Origin: Parcubacteria group bacterium GW2011_GWC1_36_108
GTDB lineage: Bacteria > Patescibacteriota > Minisyncoccia > Moranbacterales > GWC2-37-73
Reading direction: 5' to 3'
DNA: 64,000 nt
NCBI GenBank assembly: GCA_000991245.1
Contig: LBRD01000001.1
Location: 5,467 to 69,466, forward strand
Shown here: one piece after another, positions 1-7,946 of the stretch
Position numbering within the stretch: position 1 is the stretch's first letter
Layout: the number at the start of each line of letters is the position of its first letter
The notes under the pieces: generated by a model
What the model saw: the letters and a program-made list of their open reading frames with translations, nothing else
Database searches by the model: none
What the model was told of the DNA's origin: nothing
Made by a program: the position numbers and the translations under genes

Positions 1-509
1 TTAAATTCTTGAATACTAAGTCCACTGTCACTATGCATCCCTCCATTAAGCACATTAAACATTGGAACAGGGAGTTTAGGTTTTGTTTTTAATCCTGATA
101 TCTCATTTATATATTGATAAAGAGGAATTTTTTTTGCAAAAGCTACCGCCCTACAAACCGCAAGAGAAACACCCAAGATAGCATTTGCTCCTAACTGCGA
201 TTTATTTTCTGTACCATCAAGCTCAAGCATAATTTCGTCAATGGCAATTTGATTACCAGCATCCTTACCCACAAGAGCATCTTTTATTTTTGTGTTTACA
301 TTTTTCACTGCATTTAGCACACCTAATCCTCCATAACGCGCAACATCCCCATCCCTAAGTTCAAGCGCCTCAAACTTTCCCGTTGAAGCCCCAGAAGGAA
401 CAGCCGCAACTGCACTTACCCCTCCACTCAAAAAAACTTCCACTTCCACCGTAGGGTTTCCGCGAGAATCCAAAATTTCCCTACCGATTATATTTGTAAT
501 TTTCATCAT
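1..509 (-). CDS. eno: Enolase, N-terminal part (gene continues beyond the window edge)
   Basis: Reverse-strand translation from the ATG at 509 gives [25 protein letters not shown]...[16 protein letters not shown], a canonical enolase N-terminus. It is not in the ORF track because the 3' end is truncated by the window. Confidence 0.9.
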   Translation of the reverse strand, partial: MMKITNIIGREILDSRGNPTVEVEVFLSGGVSAVAAVPSGASTGKFEALELRDGDVARYGGLGVLNAVKNVNTKIKDALVGKDAGNQIAIDEIMLELDGTENKSQLGANAILGVSLAVCRAVAFAKKIPLYQYINEISGLKTKPKLPVPMFNVLNGGMHSDSGLSIQEF

Positions 510-518
510 ATATTTTTA

Positions 519-556
519 CCCCGTTAAATTCGCCTTTGGCGAGTATTTAACTGGGG
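519..556 (-). promoter_or_regulatory. 5'-leader inverted-repeat element, copy 1 (CCCCGTTAAAT-CGCCtttGGCG-AGTATTTAACTGGGG), 10 nt upstream of the eno AUG
   Basis: Inverted repeat read directly from the sequence. It belongs to a family with copies at 19511, 21001/21131, 34624, 43519 and 61837. Confidence 0.6.
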
Positions 557-574
557 TGTAACTCAAACTCTTAT

Positions 575-1186
575 TTAAGTATGTAAACGAATCCAAAAGA
601 ACACTTGATACAATGGATCGAAAGAAACAAGTAGTGCCAACAATAAAATGTAATAGGCTGAAAGATATTTTAGTGTTACTTCATATTGTTCCCTGCTGGC
701 ATACAAACCTTTCTCATTTTCCATATTTATTTTTCGAGCTTTGAATATAAATTTGATATGGATAGACGCAATGGTCATAATTGACAAAATAAGCAAAGCA
801 AGCGCTGGAGCAATAAGACTGTTGTATAAAAAAAATGTTCCGAAAAAAAATAAAGGCAAAATCCAAAATGTTTCCTTGTCCCAAAAATCACTTTCCTTAA
901 TAAAATTCTTCAAGCTGGAAAAATATAAAAAAGGAATGGAAATAAAATTAATAAAAAGACCAATAAAAAAAACTACCACGGTTACCCAATTATAGGCACC
1001 AAAATAGCTTCCTGGTGCAATAATATTCAAGTTGTTCAAAAGAATAAGCAATATCCCAAGAAATAATAATGATTGGGATATATATAACCCCAATATTGAA
1101 ATTGGATCAATTTTTCTAAGATCACTCAATGAAACTTTTTCATTAAATACACCCATATTGCCCGCCTTAAATTGGGGACTTTTCAT
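575..1186 (-). CDS. Hypothetical polytopic membrane protein
   Basis: 203-aa ORF with several hydrophobic segments. No recognisable family motif. Confidence 0.4.
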   Translation of the reverse strand: MKSPQFKAGNMGVFNEKVSLSDLRKIDPISILGLYISQSLLFLGILLILLNNLNIIAPGSYFGAYNWVTVVVFFIGLFINFISIPFLYFSSLKNFIKESDFWDKETFWILPLFFFGTFFLYNSLIAPALALLILSIMTIASIHIKFIFKARKINMENEKGLYASREQYEVTLKYLSAYYILLLALLVSFDPLYQVFFWIRLHT

Positions 1187-1293
1187 AATTTTATTTTTTA
1201 AAAAAATACTTTCTTAAGCAATGAAAATTTTAACAATAAACATCTACAACAATTATAGTATACCACAACAATCGATTATTTTCCAAAAATATT

Positions 1294-2385
1294 TTATTGC
1301 TTTTTTATGCGTAAAGCTTCAACTCCTGGCATCAAATTTCCACTTAAGTATTCCAACATTGCGCCACCTCCGGTTGAAACAAACGATATTTTATCAAAAA
1401 GATTATTCTCCTCCAAAACCTGAACAGATTCTCCACCGCCAATAAGAGTAAACGCATCACTTTCAACAATCGCTTCCAAAATAGCACGCGTTCCGATATC
1501 ATATGGCTGCTCTTCAAATTTACCCATCGGACCATTCCAAACAATAACCTTGGATTGCGCGATGATTTCCTTAAACCTGTTAATTGTCTTTGGACCAATA
1601 TCAAGACGATCTTTGGCAAAATCAAGAGGCAAAACAACTTTTGAAGAAAATACTATTTTCTGATCAACAGCTTCGTTGGCTATTTTTCCACCCACTAAAA
1701 TATGCGCATATTTTTTTTCAAATCTTTTTATAAGCGGCAACTTTGTTTCAATTTTAGCTCCACCAATAATAGCTGTTGCCGGACTTTCAGGCTCATGAAT
1801 AACTCGACTAAGATTTTTTATTTCTTCTTGAAGTCTGAGACCAGCATAACCCTCAACATACGCAGTAATTCCTGTAACAGATGCTTGATCACGATGACAA
1901 ACGCTAAACGCATCATTAACAAAAACATCAAAATTTTCAGCGAGTTTTTTGGCAAATTCAGAATCATTTTTTTCCTCACCCTCATAAAAACGAACGTTTT
2001 CCAAAAGAATAATCTCGCCAACATTAAGTGCGTCCAGCGCTTTTGAAACTTCACTGCCAACACAATCATTCACAAAAACAATTTTTCTTTCCAAAATTAT
2101 TTCCAGTTCGTCCTTAATTTGCTCAAGTGAAAATTCTGGATTCTTTTTCCCTTCAGCATTGCCCGCCAAAGTTTTAACGGCGGCGGGACGACCAAGGTGA
2201 GATATCAGTGCGATTTTAGAACCACTCTGAGCTGACAAATGGTCAACCGTTTTTTTGCATACTTCTAATTTGAATTTTTCCTTTATTTTTCCATCCTCAA
2301 GCGCAATATTGAAGTCTGCTCTAACCAAAATTTTCTTATCCAAAAAAACCCCTTCCTGTATTTTTTTAATACTCACGTTGTTCAT
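1294..2385 (-). CDS. pgk: Phosphoglycerate kinase
   Basis: KILVRADFNIA, GRP, FVNDAFSVCHR, GGAKIETKLPLI and GGGES motifs. Start taken as MNNVSIKK at 2385; an alternative in-frame ATG lies at 2406. Confidence 0.9.
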   Translation of the reverse strand: MNNVSIKKIQEGVFLDKKILVRADFNIALEDGKIKEKFKLEVCKKTVDHLSAQSGSKIALISHLGRPAAVKTLAGNAEGKKNPEFSLEQIKDELEIILERKIVFVNDCVGSEVSKALDALNVGEIILLENVRFYEGEEKNDSEFAKKLAENFDVFVNDAFSVCHRDQASVTGITAYVEGYAGLRLQEEIKNLSRVIHEPESPATAIIGGAKIETKLPLIKRFEKKYAHILVGGKIANEAVDQKIVFSSKVVLPLDFAKDRLDIGPKTINRFKEIIAQSKVIVWNGPMGKFEEQPYDIGTRAILEAIVESDAFTLIGGGESVQVLEENNLFDKISFVSTGGGAMLEYLSGNLMPGVEALRIKKQ

Positions 2386-2486
2386 GAAACATATAGCATA
2401 TAGCATAAAGCAAAAAAATTAATGCTATGCGCTACTCACTATCTGTTTTTATTTGTTACATGTTATATGTTTTGTGTTATATGGTT

Positions 2487-3587
2487 TTATCTTCCCATGC
2501 CAAAAATTGCAACCACAACCCCGATGATTGCAGTTACCATAGTAAAAATCCAGGCACGCATAACAATTTTACACTCTGGCCAGCCTTTTGCTTCAAAATG
2601 ATGATGAAGTGGCGCTGCCAAAAAAACTTTACGATGGAAAAATTTCTTACTAGTAAGTTGGATTACAACACTACCTGATTCAAGAACATAAATAAATACG
2701 ATCAGAAAAAGTGCTAACGCTGAATTTGTAAGCATCGCAACGACGCCAAGCGTTGTGCCAAGTGACATCGCACCAGTATCGCCCATCATAAAACGAGCAG
2801 GTGAAATATTGAACCACAGAAAAGCCAAGAGCACCCCGGACATAGCTGCGCAAAACGAAGCCAAATCAACCTTGTTTTGAAAAAAAGCAATGATTGAAAA
2901 TGAGAAAAAGGCAAGCAATAAAACTCCTCCGTTTAGACCATCTAATCCATCTGTTTCATTTGAAGATACTGCGGAAAATAAAATCACAAAAACAAAAAGT
3001 GGAATATACCAAAAGCTTATTGAAAAATCTCCAAATGCAGGAATATGTAAAATATCCCAACCAAGTTTATAAAAAAACCACCAACCACCTGCCGCAGCAA
3101 TAACAATAAGCCATCCAAAACGCATAGCAAAACGCATTCCACCTCCTTTATTACTTCCCCAGCCACGAACACTCATCACGTCATCAAAAAGACCGAGAAT
3201 TCCAGCTGAGGCAAGCGCAAAAAGTGGAAGCCAGACCTGTTTACGACTCAAAAAGTCGAGCCTGGCGATAAAATCCATATTGAAAAGTTTTCCAATCCAA
3301 GGAAAAATAAAATGGGAGGAAAAAACTAAAATAAGAATTGTCACCCACATAATAACCCCACCCATTGTAGGAGTTCCTGATTTATGTGCATGCAATTTAT
3401 TAACAAATGTTAATTTTTCCCCATTAACATCGCTGCTTTTGATTTTTATTCCAAATTTATATTTATAAAGCAGATGCGTCCAAAGCGGTGTAATTGCAAA
3501 TGCCAGTAAAAAAGCAAGCAGCCCTGTAACCAAAACTTTGAGGACATTAACTACTTCTGGAATTGTTTGAATTTGAGCAAATTGCAT
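2487..3587 (-). CDS. mraY: Phospho-N-acetylmuramoyl-pentapeptide transferase
   Basis: GTPTMGG, NETDGLDGL, MMGDTGAMSLG and APLHHHFE motifs. Ten or more TM segments. Confidence 0.9.
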   Translation of the reverse strand: MQFAQIQTIPEVVNVLKVLVTGLLAFLLAFAITPLWTHLLYKYKFGIKIKSSDVNGEKLTFVNKLHAHKSGTPTMGGVIMWVTILILVFSSHFIFPWIGKLFNMDFIARLDFLSRKQVWLPLFALASAGILGLFDDVMSVRGWGSNKGGGMRFAMRFGWLIVIAAAGGWWFFYKLGWDILHIPAFGDFSISFWYIPLFVFVILFSAVSSNETDGLDGLNGGVLLLAFFSFSIIAFFQNKVDLASFCAAMSGVLLAFLWFNISPARFMMGDTGAMSLGTTLGVVAMLTNSALALFLIVFIYVLESGSVVIQLTSKKFFHRKVFLAAPLHHHFEAKGWPECKIVMRAWIFTMVTAIIGVVVAIFGMGR

Positions 3588-3590
3588 AAT

Positions 3591-4625
3591 TTATTGCCAA
3601 CTATAAGAATTAAAAGTCCAACTAATCATTGTCTTGATATCCAACCATCGCTGAGAATCATCAAGAACTACTCCGACAATCCTGTGTTTTGAACTAAAAT
3701 CAGAAACCACTGTAAGCAAAGAATAACCAGCAAGTGGAGTAAACCCAGTTTTTGCACCAACAATGTTTGGCATTTGATCAAGCAACTGATCTGTATTTAA
3801 TATAGTATGCTCAATTTTTCCATCCACTGAAGTTACAATAGAATTGCTTGGCAAGCGTGCAAGCTTCCAAATAGTTTCATAGCGAAGTGAATACGCCGCA
3901 ATACGAGCAATGTCATATGCAGAAGAATAACATCCAGCTGCAGCGCCTTCATCATCCAAATCAAGTCCTGAGGACGTACAAAAATTTGTGTCTACCAACC
4001 CTAAATCTTTAGCTTTTTTATTCATAACTTGCACAAAAGCTTCCTCCGAACCAGATACATGCTTTGCAAGTGCAATTGCTGCATCATTAGCACTATTCAT
4101 AACCATCGCTTGAAGTAAACTCTTTGCTGTAATTGTCTCTCCAACTTTAAGACGTGGACTTATGCAATAGCCACTGCGAGGACAACCTATTTTTGTGCCT
4201 TCAGCATATACTGCCTCCTCATCAATAGTTACGGGTTCATCAAGATTTTTAATATTTTCCATCACTAAAACTGCTGTCATAATTTTTGTCAGTGAAGCAA
4301 TCTGCCTATGCGTACGCCCTTCGTTATAATGCAAAATAGTTCCTGTATCGGCATCAATAACTACAGAGGCATGCGCATTCGGCACAACAAGATCATTAGT
4401 TTTAATATCTCTTACTGGTTGATATTGAGGCTCATCCACTGCCTGCGCTTTTAAGGTTACAATTTTCTGCGTTTCAACGCCCGCCACCAATCCACTAATA
4501 CTATTTTCTTGACTACTAACAACATCAGCTTGAACTTGATTTCCATTAATAAAACTTTCCTGCAAAAATAAGAAGGAATTAAGCGGAAAAAAAACTATCA
4601 TCAAAATGGTTGCCCCTATACCCAT
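3591..4625 (-). CDS. D-alanyl-D-alanine carboxypeptidase (S11 serine peptidase, PBP5-like)
   Basis: SxxK (ASLTK), SxN (NSAND) and KTG (KTGFT) active-site triad. N-terminal signal/TM segment. Confidence 0.8.
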   Translation of the reverse strand: MGIGATILMIVFFPLNSFLFLQESFINGNQVQADVVSSQENSISGLVAGVETQKIVTLKAQAVDEPQYQPVRDIKTNDLVVPNAHASVVIDADTGTILHYNEGRTHRQIASLTKIMTAVLVMENIKNLDEPVTIDEEAVYAEGTKIGCPRSGYCISPRLKVGETITAKSLLQAMVMNSANDAAIALAKHVSGSEEAFVQVMNKKAKDLGLVDTNFCTSSGLDLDDEGAAAGCYSSAYDIARIAAYSLRYETIWKLARLPSNSIVTSVDGKIEHTILNTDQLLDQMPNIVGAKTGFTPLAGYSLLTVVSDFSSKHRIVGVVLDDSQRWLDIKTMISWTFNSYSWQ

Positions 4626-5173
4626 TACTCTTTTGAAATTATTGAATTAATTCTCTCATCCACTGAAAGTATACCATACTCTGGAAGATTTTTCACGGAT
4701 TCAATCCCTAATTTTTTAAGAAAATCAAATGTAATTGCATAAACATAACCTCGAGAGTCATTTGGGTTATCATTTCGCTCAATAAGCCCTCGCAGTAACA
4801 AGTTTCGCAGAGTGTAAGCACAATTAACACCTCGAATAGCTTCGATTTCCGTTTTAGAAATTGGACCACGATAAGCAATGATTGAAACGACCTCCATCGC
4901 AGCATTCGATAATGAATCTTGCAGCTCACTTTTAACCAATCCTTCAATAAATTCAGCATTTTCAGGATTTGAAACCAATTGCACTTCTTCGCCCTTAACA
5001 AGCAAGCTGAGCCCACTGCCCGCCAAGGCATATTTTTCGCTCAACAAAGCCAAAGCAGCATCAACTTCTTCAGCCCTAAGCCCCACAATCTTCATCAACT
5101 TCGCCCTCTTAATCGGCTCCCCACTAACAAACAAAATGCTTTCAATAACCCCTTGTAATTTTTCCAATTCCAT
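4625..5173 (-). CDS. scpB: Segregation and condensation protein B
   Basis: Two winged-helix ScpB repeats (ESILFVSGEPIK... ; VVSIIAYRGPISKTEIEAIRGV). Confidence 0.85.
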   Translation of the reverse strand: MELEKLQGVIESILFVSGEPIKRAKLMKIVGLRAEEVDAALALLSEKYALAGSGLSLLVKGEEVQLVSNPENAEFIEGLVKSELQDSLSNAAMEVVSIIAYRGPISKTEIEAIRGVNCAYTLRNLLLRGLIERNDNPNDSRGYVYAITFDFLKKLGIESVKNLPEYGILSVDERINSIISKE

Positions 5174-5220
5174 AGCTTTTAATTTTTTTATTACTTATTG
5201 AAAGTATACCAGCTTTTTAG

Positions 5221-5246
5221 GAATTATGTAATTAGCTACGTAATTC
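5221..5246. terminator. AT-rich hairpin GAATTAtGTA-N6-TACGTAATTC downstream of the 5272-6381 gene
   Basis: Imperfect inverted repeat. A second copy with the same stem sequence is at 43828-43857. Confidence 0.3.
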
Positions 5247-5271
5247 TCACATTTCATTTCTTAAATTTCTT

Positions 5272-6381
5272 CTAATTTTTATTTGAGCTGTCTGATACAT
5301 TTTGTCGCAACATCGCAAATCTCTCCTCCCTCCTTGGTAATAACTTACTAATTGGAGTTGTTGCAAATATTTCCACATAAAGATTTTCAGCTGTCACATT
5401 CTCATTTGTGATGATTTTTTTGGCAAGTTCATTGCAAAACTTTTGAGTTTCCTCATTTTCCTTGTGCTTGATTGTAAGCTCATCATTGATCAGTATATCA
5501 GAAATTTCTTGCTTGTCTTTAGCATTTTTTATTTTCGGCAAAACTCTGCCTATATAACATCTTATTACCTCTTGTATATCTTCAATAATTTTATCGAAAG
5601 TTTGTTCTATCAAGTCAACATCCCTAAGCGTTAATTTTCCACTTTGGGCCAAAAGTTTCAAATCATTATCATCATATGCTCTAGTAAAAAATAATTTATG
5701 ATAGGCAGCCAATGATGGATTTGAGCAATTGATTTTTCTGCCATGAAAATCGATTACTTCTGGCGTTAACCACTCTTTTGGTATAGTGGTTTCATGATGT
5801 CCAATGGGTTCACCGCTATCGTTCCATTTTATAATATGGGTATCGATACAAAAATTTTCTTTACCATATTTTATTGATCCATCTCCATTTATTGCAAAAA
5901 TCATTGGTTGAAATCCTTCCTCATTATTTTGCAGACGTTTTGCGTCAATGCGTTCAAAAATTCTTTTCTTTCCTGGGCGATGACCACTACTTAAAAATAA
6001 TCCGAAACCTTTACTGCCTAAAAATGATTCAACCTTTTCTAGCTCACGGAAATCAATCGATAAATCAATATCTTTATGCACACCTATATATGCACCTCTA
6101 TAAAGTGAAATATTCAAAGCCCCGTCTAATTGCCAATAAAAATCAGCTCCCTGAAACAAGTCTCCCAACTGCTCAAGAGATTTGTCTAGTTCATTCTTTT
6201 CTTCTTCCGTACAAGGTCTTCGTTCAATATCTTTTTCAGATAAGAAATCAGCGCCTTCTTCCCAAAAAGGTTCCTTTTGAAATTTGTTTCTTTCTCTAAT
6301 TTTTGATTGCTCTGCTAGGTCTGGTTGTGCTTTCACAACTTCCGTGGCTTTTCTCATCATTTGTTTCTCAAAATCATTCAT
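5272..6381 (-). CDS. Nucleotidyltransferase-fold protein (minimal NTase motif)
   Basis: LYRGAYIGVHKDIDLSIDF fits the G[SG]x9-13 DhDh pol-beta NTase motif, with more acidic residues downstream. The rest of the protein is unassigned. Preceded by GC-rich 30-mer copy 1. Confidence 0.45.
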   Translation of the reverse strand: MNDFEKQMMRKATEVVKAQPDLAEQSKIRERNKFQKEPFWEEGADFLSEKDIERRPCTEEEKNELDKSLEQLGDLFQGADFYWQLDGALNISLYRGAYIGVHKDIDLSIDFRELEKVESFLGSKGFGLFLSSGHRPGKKRIFERIDAKRLQNNEEGFQPMIFAINGDGSIKYGKENFCIDTHIIKWNDSGEPIGHHETTIPKEWLTPEVIDFHGRKINCSNPSLAAYHKLFFTRAYDDNDLKLLAQSGKLTLRDVDLIEQTFDKIIEDIQEVIRCYIGRVLPKIKNAKDKQEISDILINDELTIKHKENEETQKFCNELAKKIITNENVTAENLYVEIFATTPISKLLPRREERFAMLRQNVSDSSNKN

Positions 6382-6416
6382 ATTATTTCCAATCTGAAAT
6401 TATTATTTATTTGTTA

Positions 6417-7013
6417 TTAACTCACTCTTCCACGGCCGACGTTGAGTGAGTGTTCTTTTTTTTTGAAAAACATTTTTTCGAGATATTTACCGTTATCCAA
6501 TTTCTGTGCCGTGATGACTCTGACAAATTTTTCCGCCGAATACAGGGCAACCAATTCCAAAATAGGCTTCTCGAAAGGATAAGGCGAAACAAAAACACTG
6601 TGCTGCAATTTCCTGAATTTCAAATCCTTCAAGTGATTCCTAAGCACATCGCGGAAAAGTCTATCTTTTTCAGGAATATCAAACATGACGACTCGCCATT
6701 TGCCATCCCATTTCTTCGGCTTCTTAAATTCTATCGACTTTCCGAAGATATTCAGCACGCGGGCTTGCTTCCTGCCTTTTTCAGTTAAAGTCAATTTAAA
6801 AGAACCGTCGGGAAGCTCGATCTCACTTATAAGTTTTTCCTTCGAAAGACTCTTAATGGAGCGATTAAAATTCTGTGGATTTATTTTTACCCATTCTTTT
6901 TTCAATTTTCGCAAAGTACTAAAATATTGTCGAGGCGATGAAGACATACCCAAAGCGACCCCACCTAAAAGCGCCAACAATATTTTCTTTTGAACAGCTC
7001 CTGGCCTATACAT
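6417..7013 (-). CDS. PaaX-family transcriptional regulator (winged helix + PaaX middle domain)
   Basis: WDGKWRVVMFDIPE...HSVFVSP matches the PaaX signature (E. coli PaaX has AWDGKWLLLLSEGLDK...). N-terminal wHTH-like segment. The ORF's last 8 codons read into repeat copy 1. Confidence 0.65.
   Translation of the reverse strand: MYRPGAVQKKILLALLGGVALGMSSSPRQYFSTLRKLKKEWVKINPQNFNRSIKSLSKEKLISEIELPDGSFKLTLTEKGRKQARVLNIFGKSIEFKKPKKWDGKWRVVMFDIPEKDRLFRDVLRNHLKDLKFRKLQHSVFVSPYPFEKPILELVALYSAEKFVRVITAQKLDNGKYLEKMFFKKKEHSLNVGRGRVS
6423..6452. promoter_or_regulatory. GC-rich 30-mer CACTCTTCCACGGCCGACGTTGAGTGAGTG, copy 1 (candidate operator) upstream of the NTase-like gene
   Basis: Exact 30-nt repeat present three times (6423, 7073, 7615). 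It is GC-rich in an AT-rich genome and lies ~40-70 nt upstream of three consecutive start codons. Confidence 0.55.
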
Positions 7014-7072
7014 ACCCCGATTATACTATAAAAAAATAAAGATTTCTATCTTAATAATATCACACGTTGCAT

Positions 7073-7102
7073 CACTCTTCCACGGCCGACGTTGAGTGAG
7101 TG
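7073..7102. promoter_or_regulatory. GC-rich 30-mer, copy 2, upstream of the PaaX-like gene
   Basis: Identical to 6423-6452. A TATAGTATAAT -10-like box lies between it and the PaaX-like start. Confidence 0.55.
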
Positions 7103-7146
7103 ATGGGGTGTTTGATTATTTTTTATTTTGTCTGCCTACTAAGACT

Positions 7147-7169
7147 GGTTACGTAACATGTTACGTAGC
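7147..7169. repeat. TACGTA palindrome GGTTACGTAACATGTTACGTAGC (family copy)
   Basis: Near-perfect palindrome centred on CATG, immediately 3' of the NUDIX gene. Confidence 0.5.
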
Positions 7170-7172
7170 TAA

Positions 7173-7580
7173 TTATAATTCAACTATTAATTTATTTTTT
7201 ATTTCAATTGGTCTCAAATCCAAATCCGAAAGCTCCTCTAACTTTATCCACATTGGTTCATAAATTCCACTATTGCGGTCTGGACTATATTCTTCCCCGT
7301 CACCACTTCCGAGTTTTCCTCCTAATATATCGCATTGATAAAAATATTCTTTCTGTGGTTCATTATCTTTTTTGATAAAATCAAAATCATACATAAGTTC
7401 CAAGACTGAAACATCTAAGCCCAATTCTTCTTTGCATTCTCTTCTTAGTGCTATGGGATGACTTTCTCCATCATCAACCCCGCCGCCGGGAAAAACAAAA
7501 TATGTTTCCCCATTTTTAATTCTCTTAATTACTAACAGTGAATCATCATTTTTAATTATAGCCCTAACCACAATTCTCAT
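7173..7580 (-). CDS. NUDIX hydrolase
   Basis: Nudix box GGGVDDGESHPIALRRECKEELGL. The ATG at 7580 (MRIVV) is the likely start; the ORF track extends to a TTG at 7595. Confidence 0.8.
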   Translation of the reverse strand: MRIVVRAIIKNDDSLLVIKRIKNGETYFVFPGGGVDDGESHPIALRRECKEELGLDVSVLELMYDFDFIKKDNEPQKEYFYQCDILGGKLGSGDGEEYSPDRNSGIYEPMWIKLEELSDLDLRPIEIKNKLIVEL

Positions 7581-7614
7581 ATTTTTTATTTCCAATCTGA
7601 AATTATTATTTATT

Positions 7615-7644
7615 CACTCTTCCACGGCCGACGTTGAGTGAGTG
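7615..7644. promoter_or_regulatory. GC-rich 30-mer, copy 3, upstream of NUDIX. Shares the extra AT-rich 5' segment ATTTCCAATCTGAAATTATTATTTATT with copy 1.
   Basis: Exact repeat. The AT-rich segment (7587-7613) is identical to 6384-6410 and supplies the same spacing to the AUG for the NUDIX and NTase genes. Confidence 0.55.
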
Positions 7645-7660
7645 GTGGTGAAAGATGGGG

Positions 7661-7828
7661 TTAGGATTTGAAGTCGGAGATTATTATGCGCTTTCGTTCG
7701 ATTTTGAAGGTCATTTTTTGGCGCTCTTTAATTCCGAGTTCGGCGACGATTTCGGATGGAATCACGATTGAAAGACTTCGTTTCCCTACTCTTGTAACTT
7801 TGCGAACAAGTTCTTCTTTCTTTTTCAT
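7661..7828 (-). CDS. AbrB/MazE-family (swapped-hairpin) DNA-binding protein, 55 aa
   Basis: Manual translation gives MKKKEELVRKVTRVGKRSLSIVIPSEIVAELGIKERQKMTFKIERKRIIISDFKS. VTRVGKRSLSIVIPSEIVAELGI is a typical AbrB/MazE/SpoVT looped-hinge motif. It is below the ORF-track size cut-off. Confidence 0.5.
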   Translation of the reverse strand: MKKKEELVRKVTRVGKRSLSIVIPSEIVAELGIKERQKMTFKIERKRIIISDFKS

Positions 7829-7884
7829 AACGCTTTGTCATTCCGAACTTAATCCGGAATCTAGATTAATTTTTATTTTTTATT

Positions 7885-7910
7885 TTGCTACGTAGCATGT
7901 TACGTAGCAA
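7885..7910. repeat. TACGTA palindrome TTGCTACGTAGCATGTTACGTAGCAA
   Basis: 26-nt near-perfect palindrome flanked by a T-run and an A-run, 3' of the 1175-aa gene. Confidence 0.5.
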
Positions 7911-7946
7911 AAAACATATTCAACTGTTTTTTTCTATAAATTATTT

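Noticed and set aside
6417-6440. Treating the GC-rich 30-mer as part of the PaaX-like coding sequence
   Set aside because: The ORF's last 8 codons (LNVGRGRVS) are read from repeat copy 1. Identical copies upstream of two other genes are non-coding, so the element is more likely regulatory DNA that the ORF happens to run into. The C-terminus of the protein is therefore uncertain.
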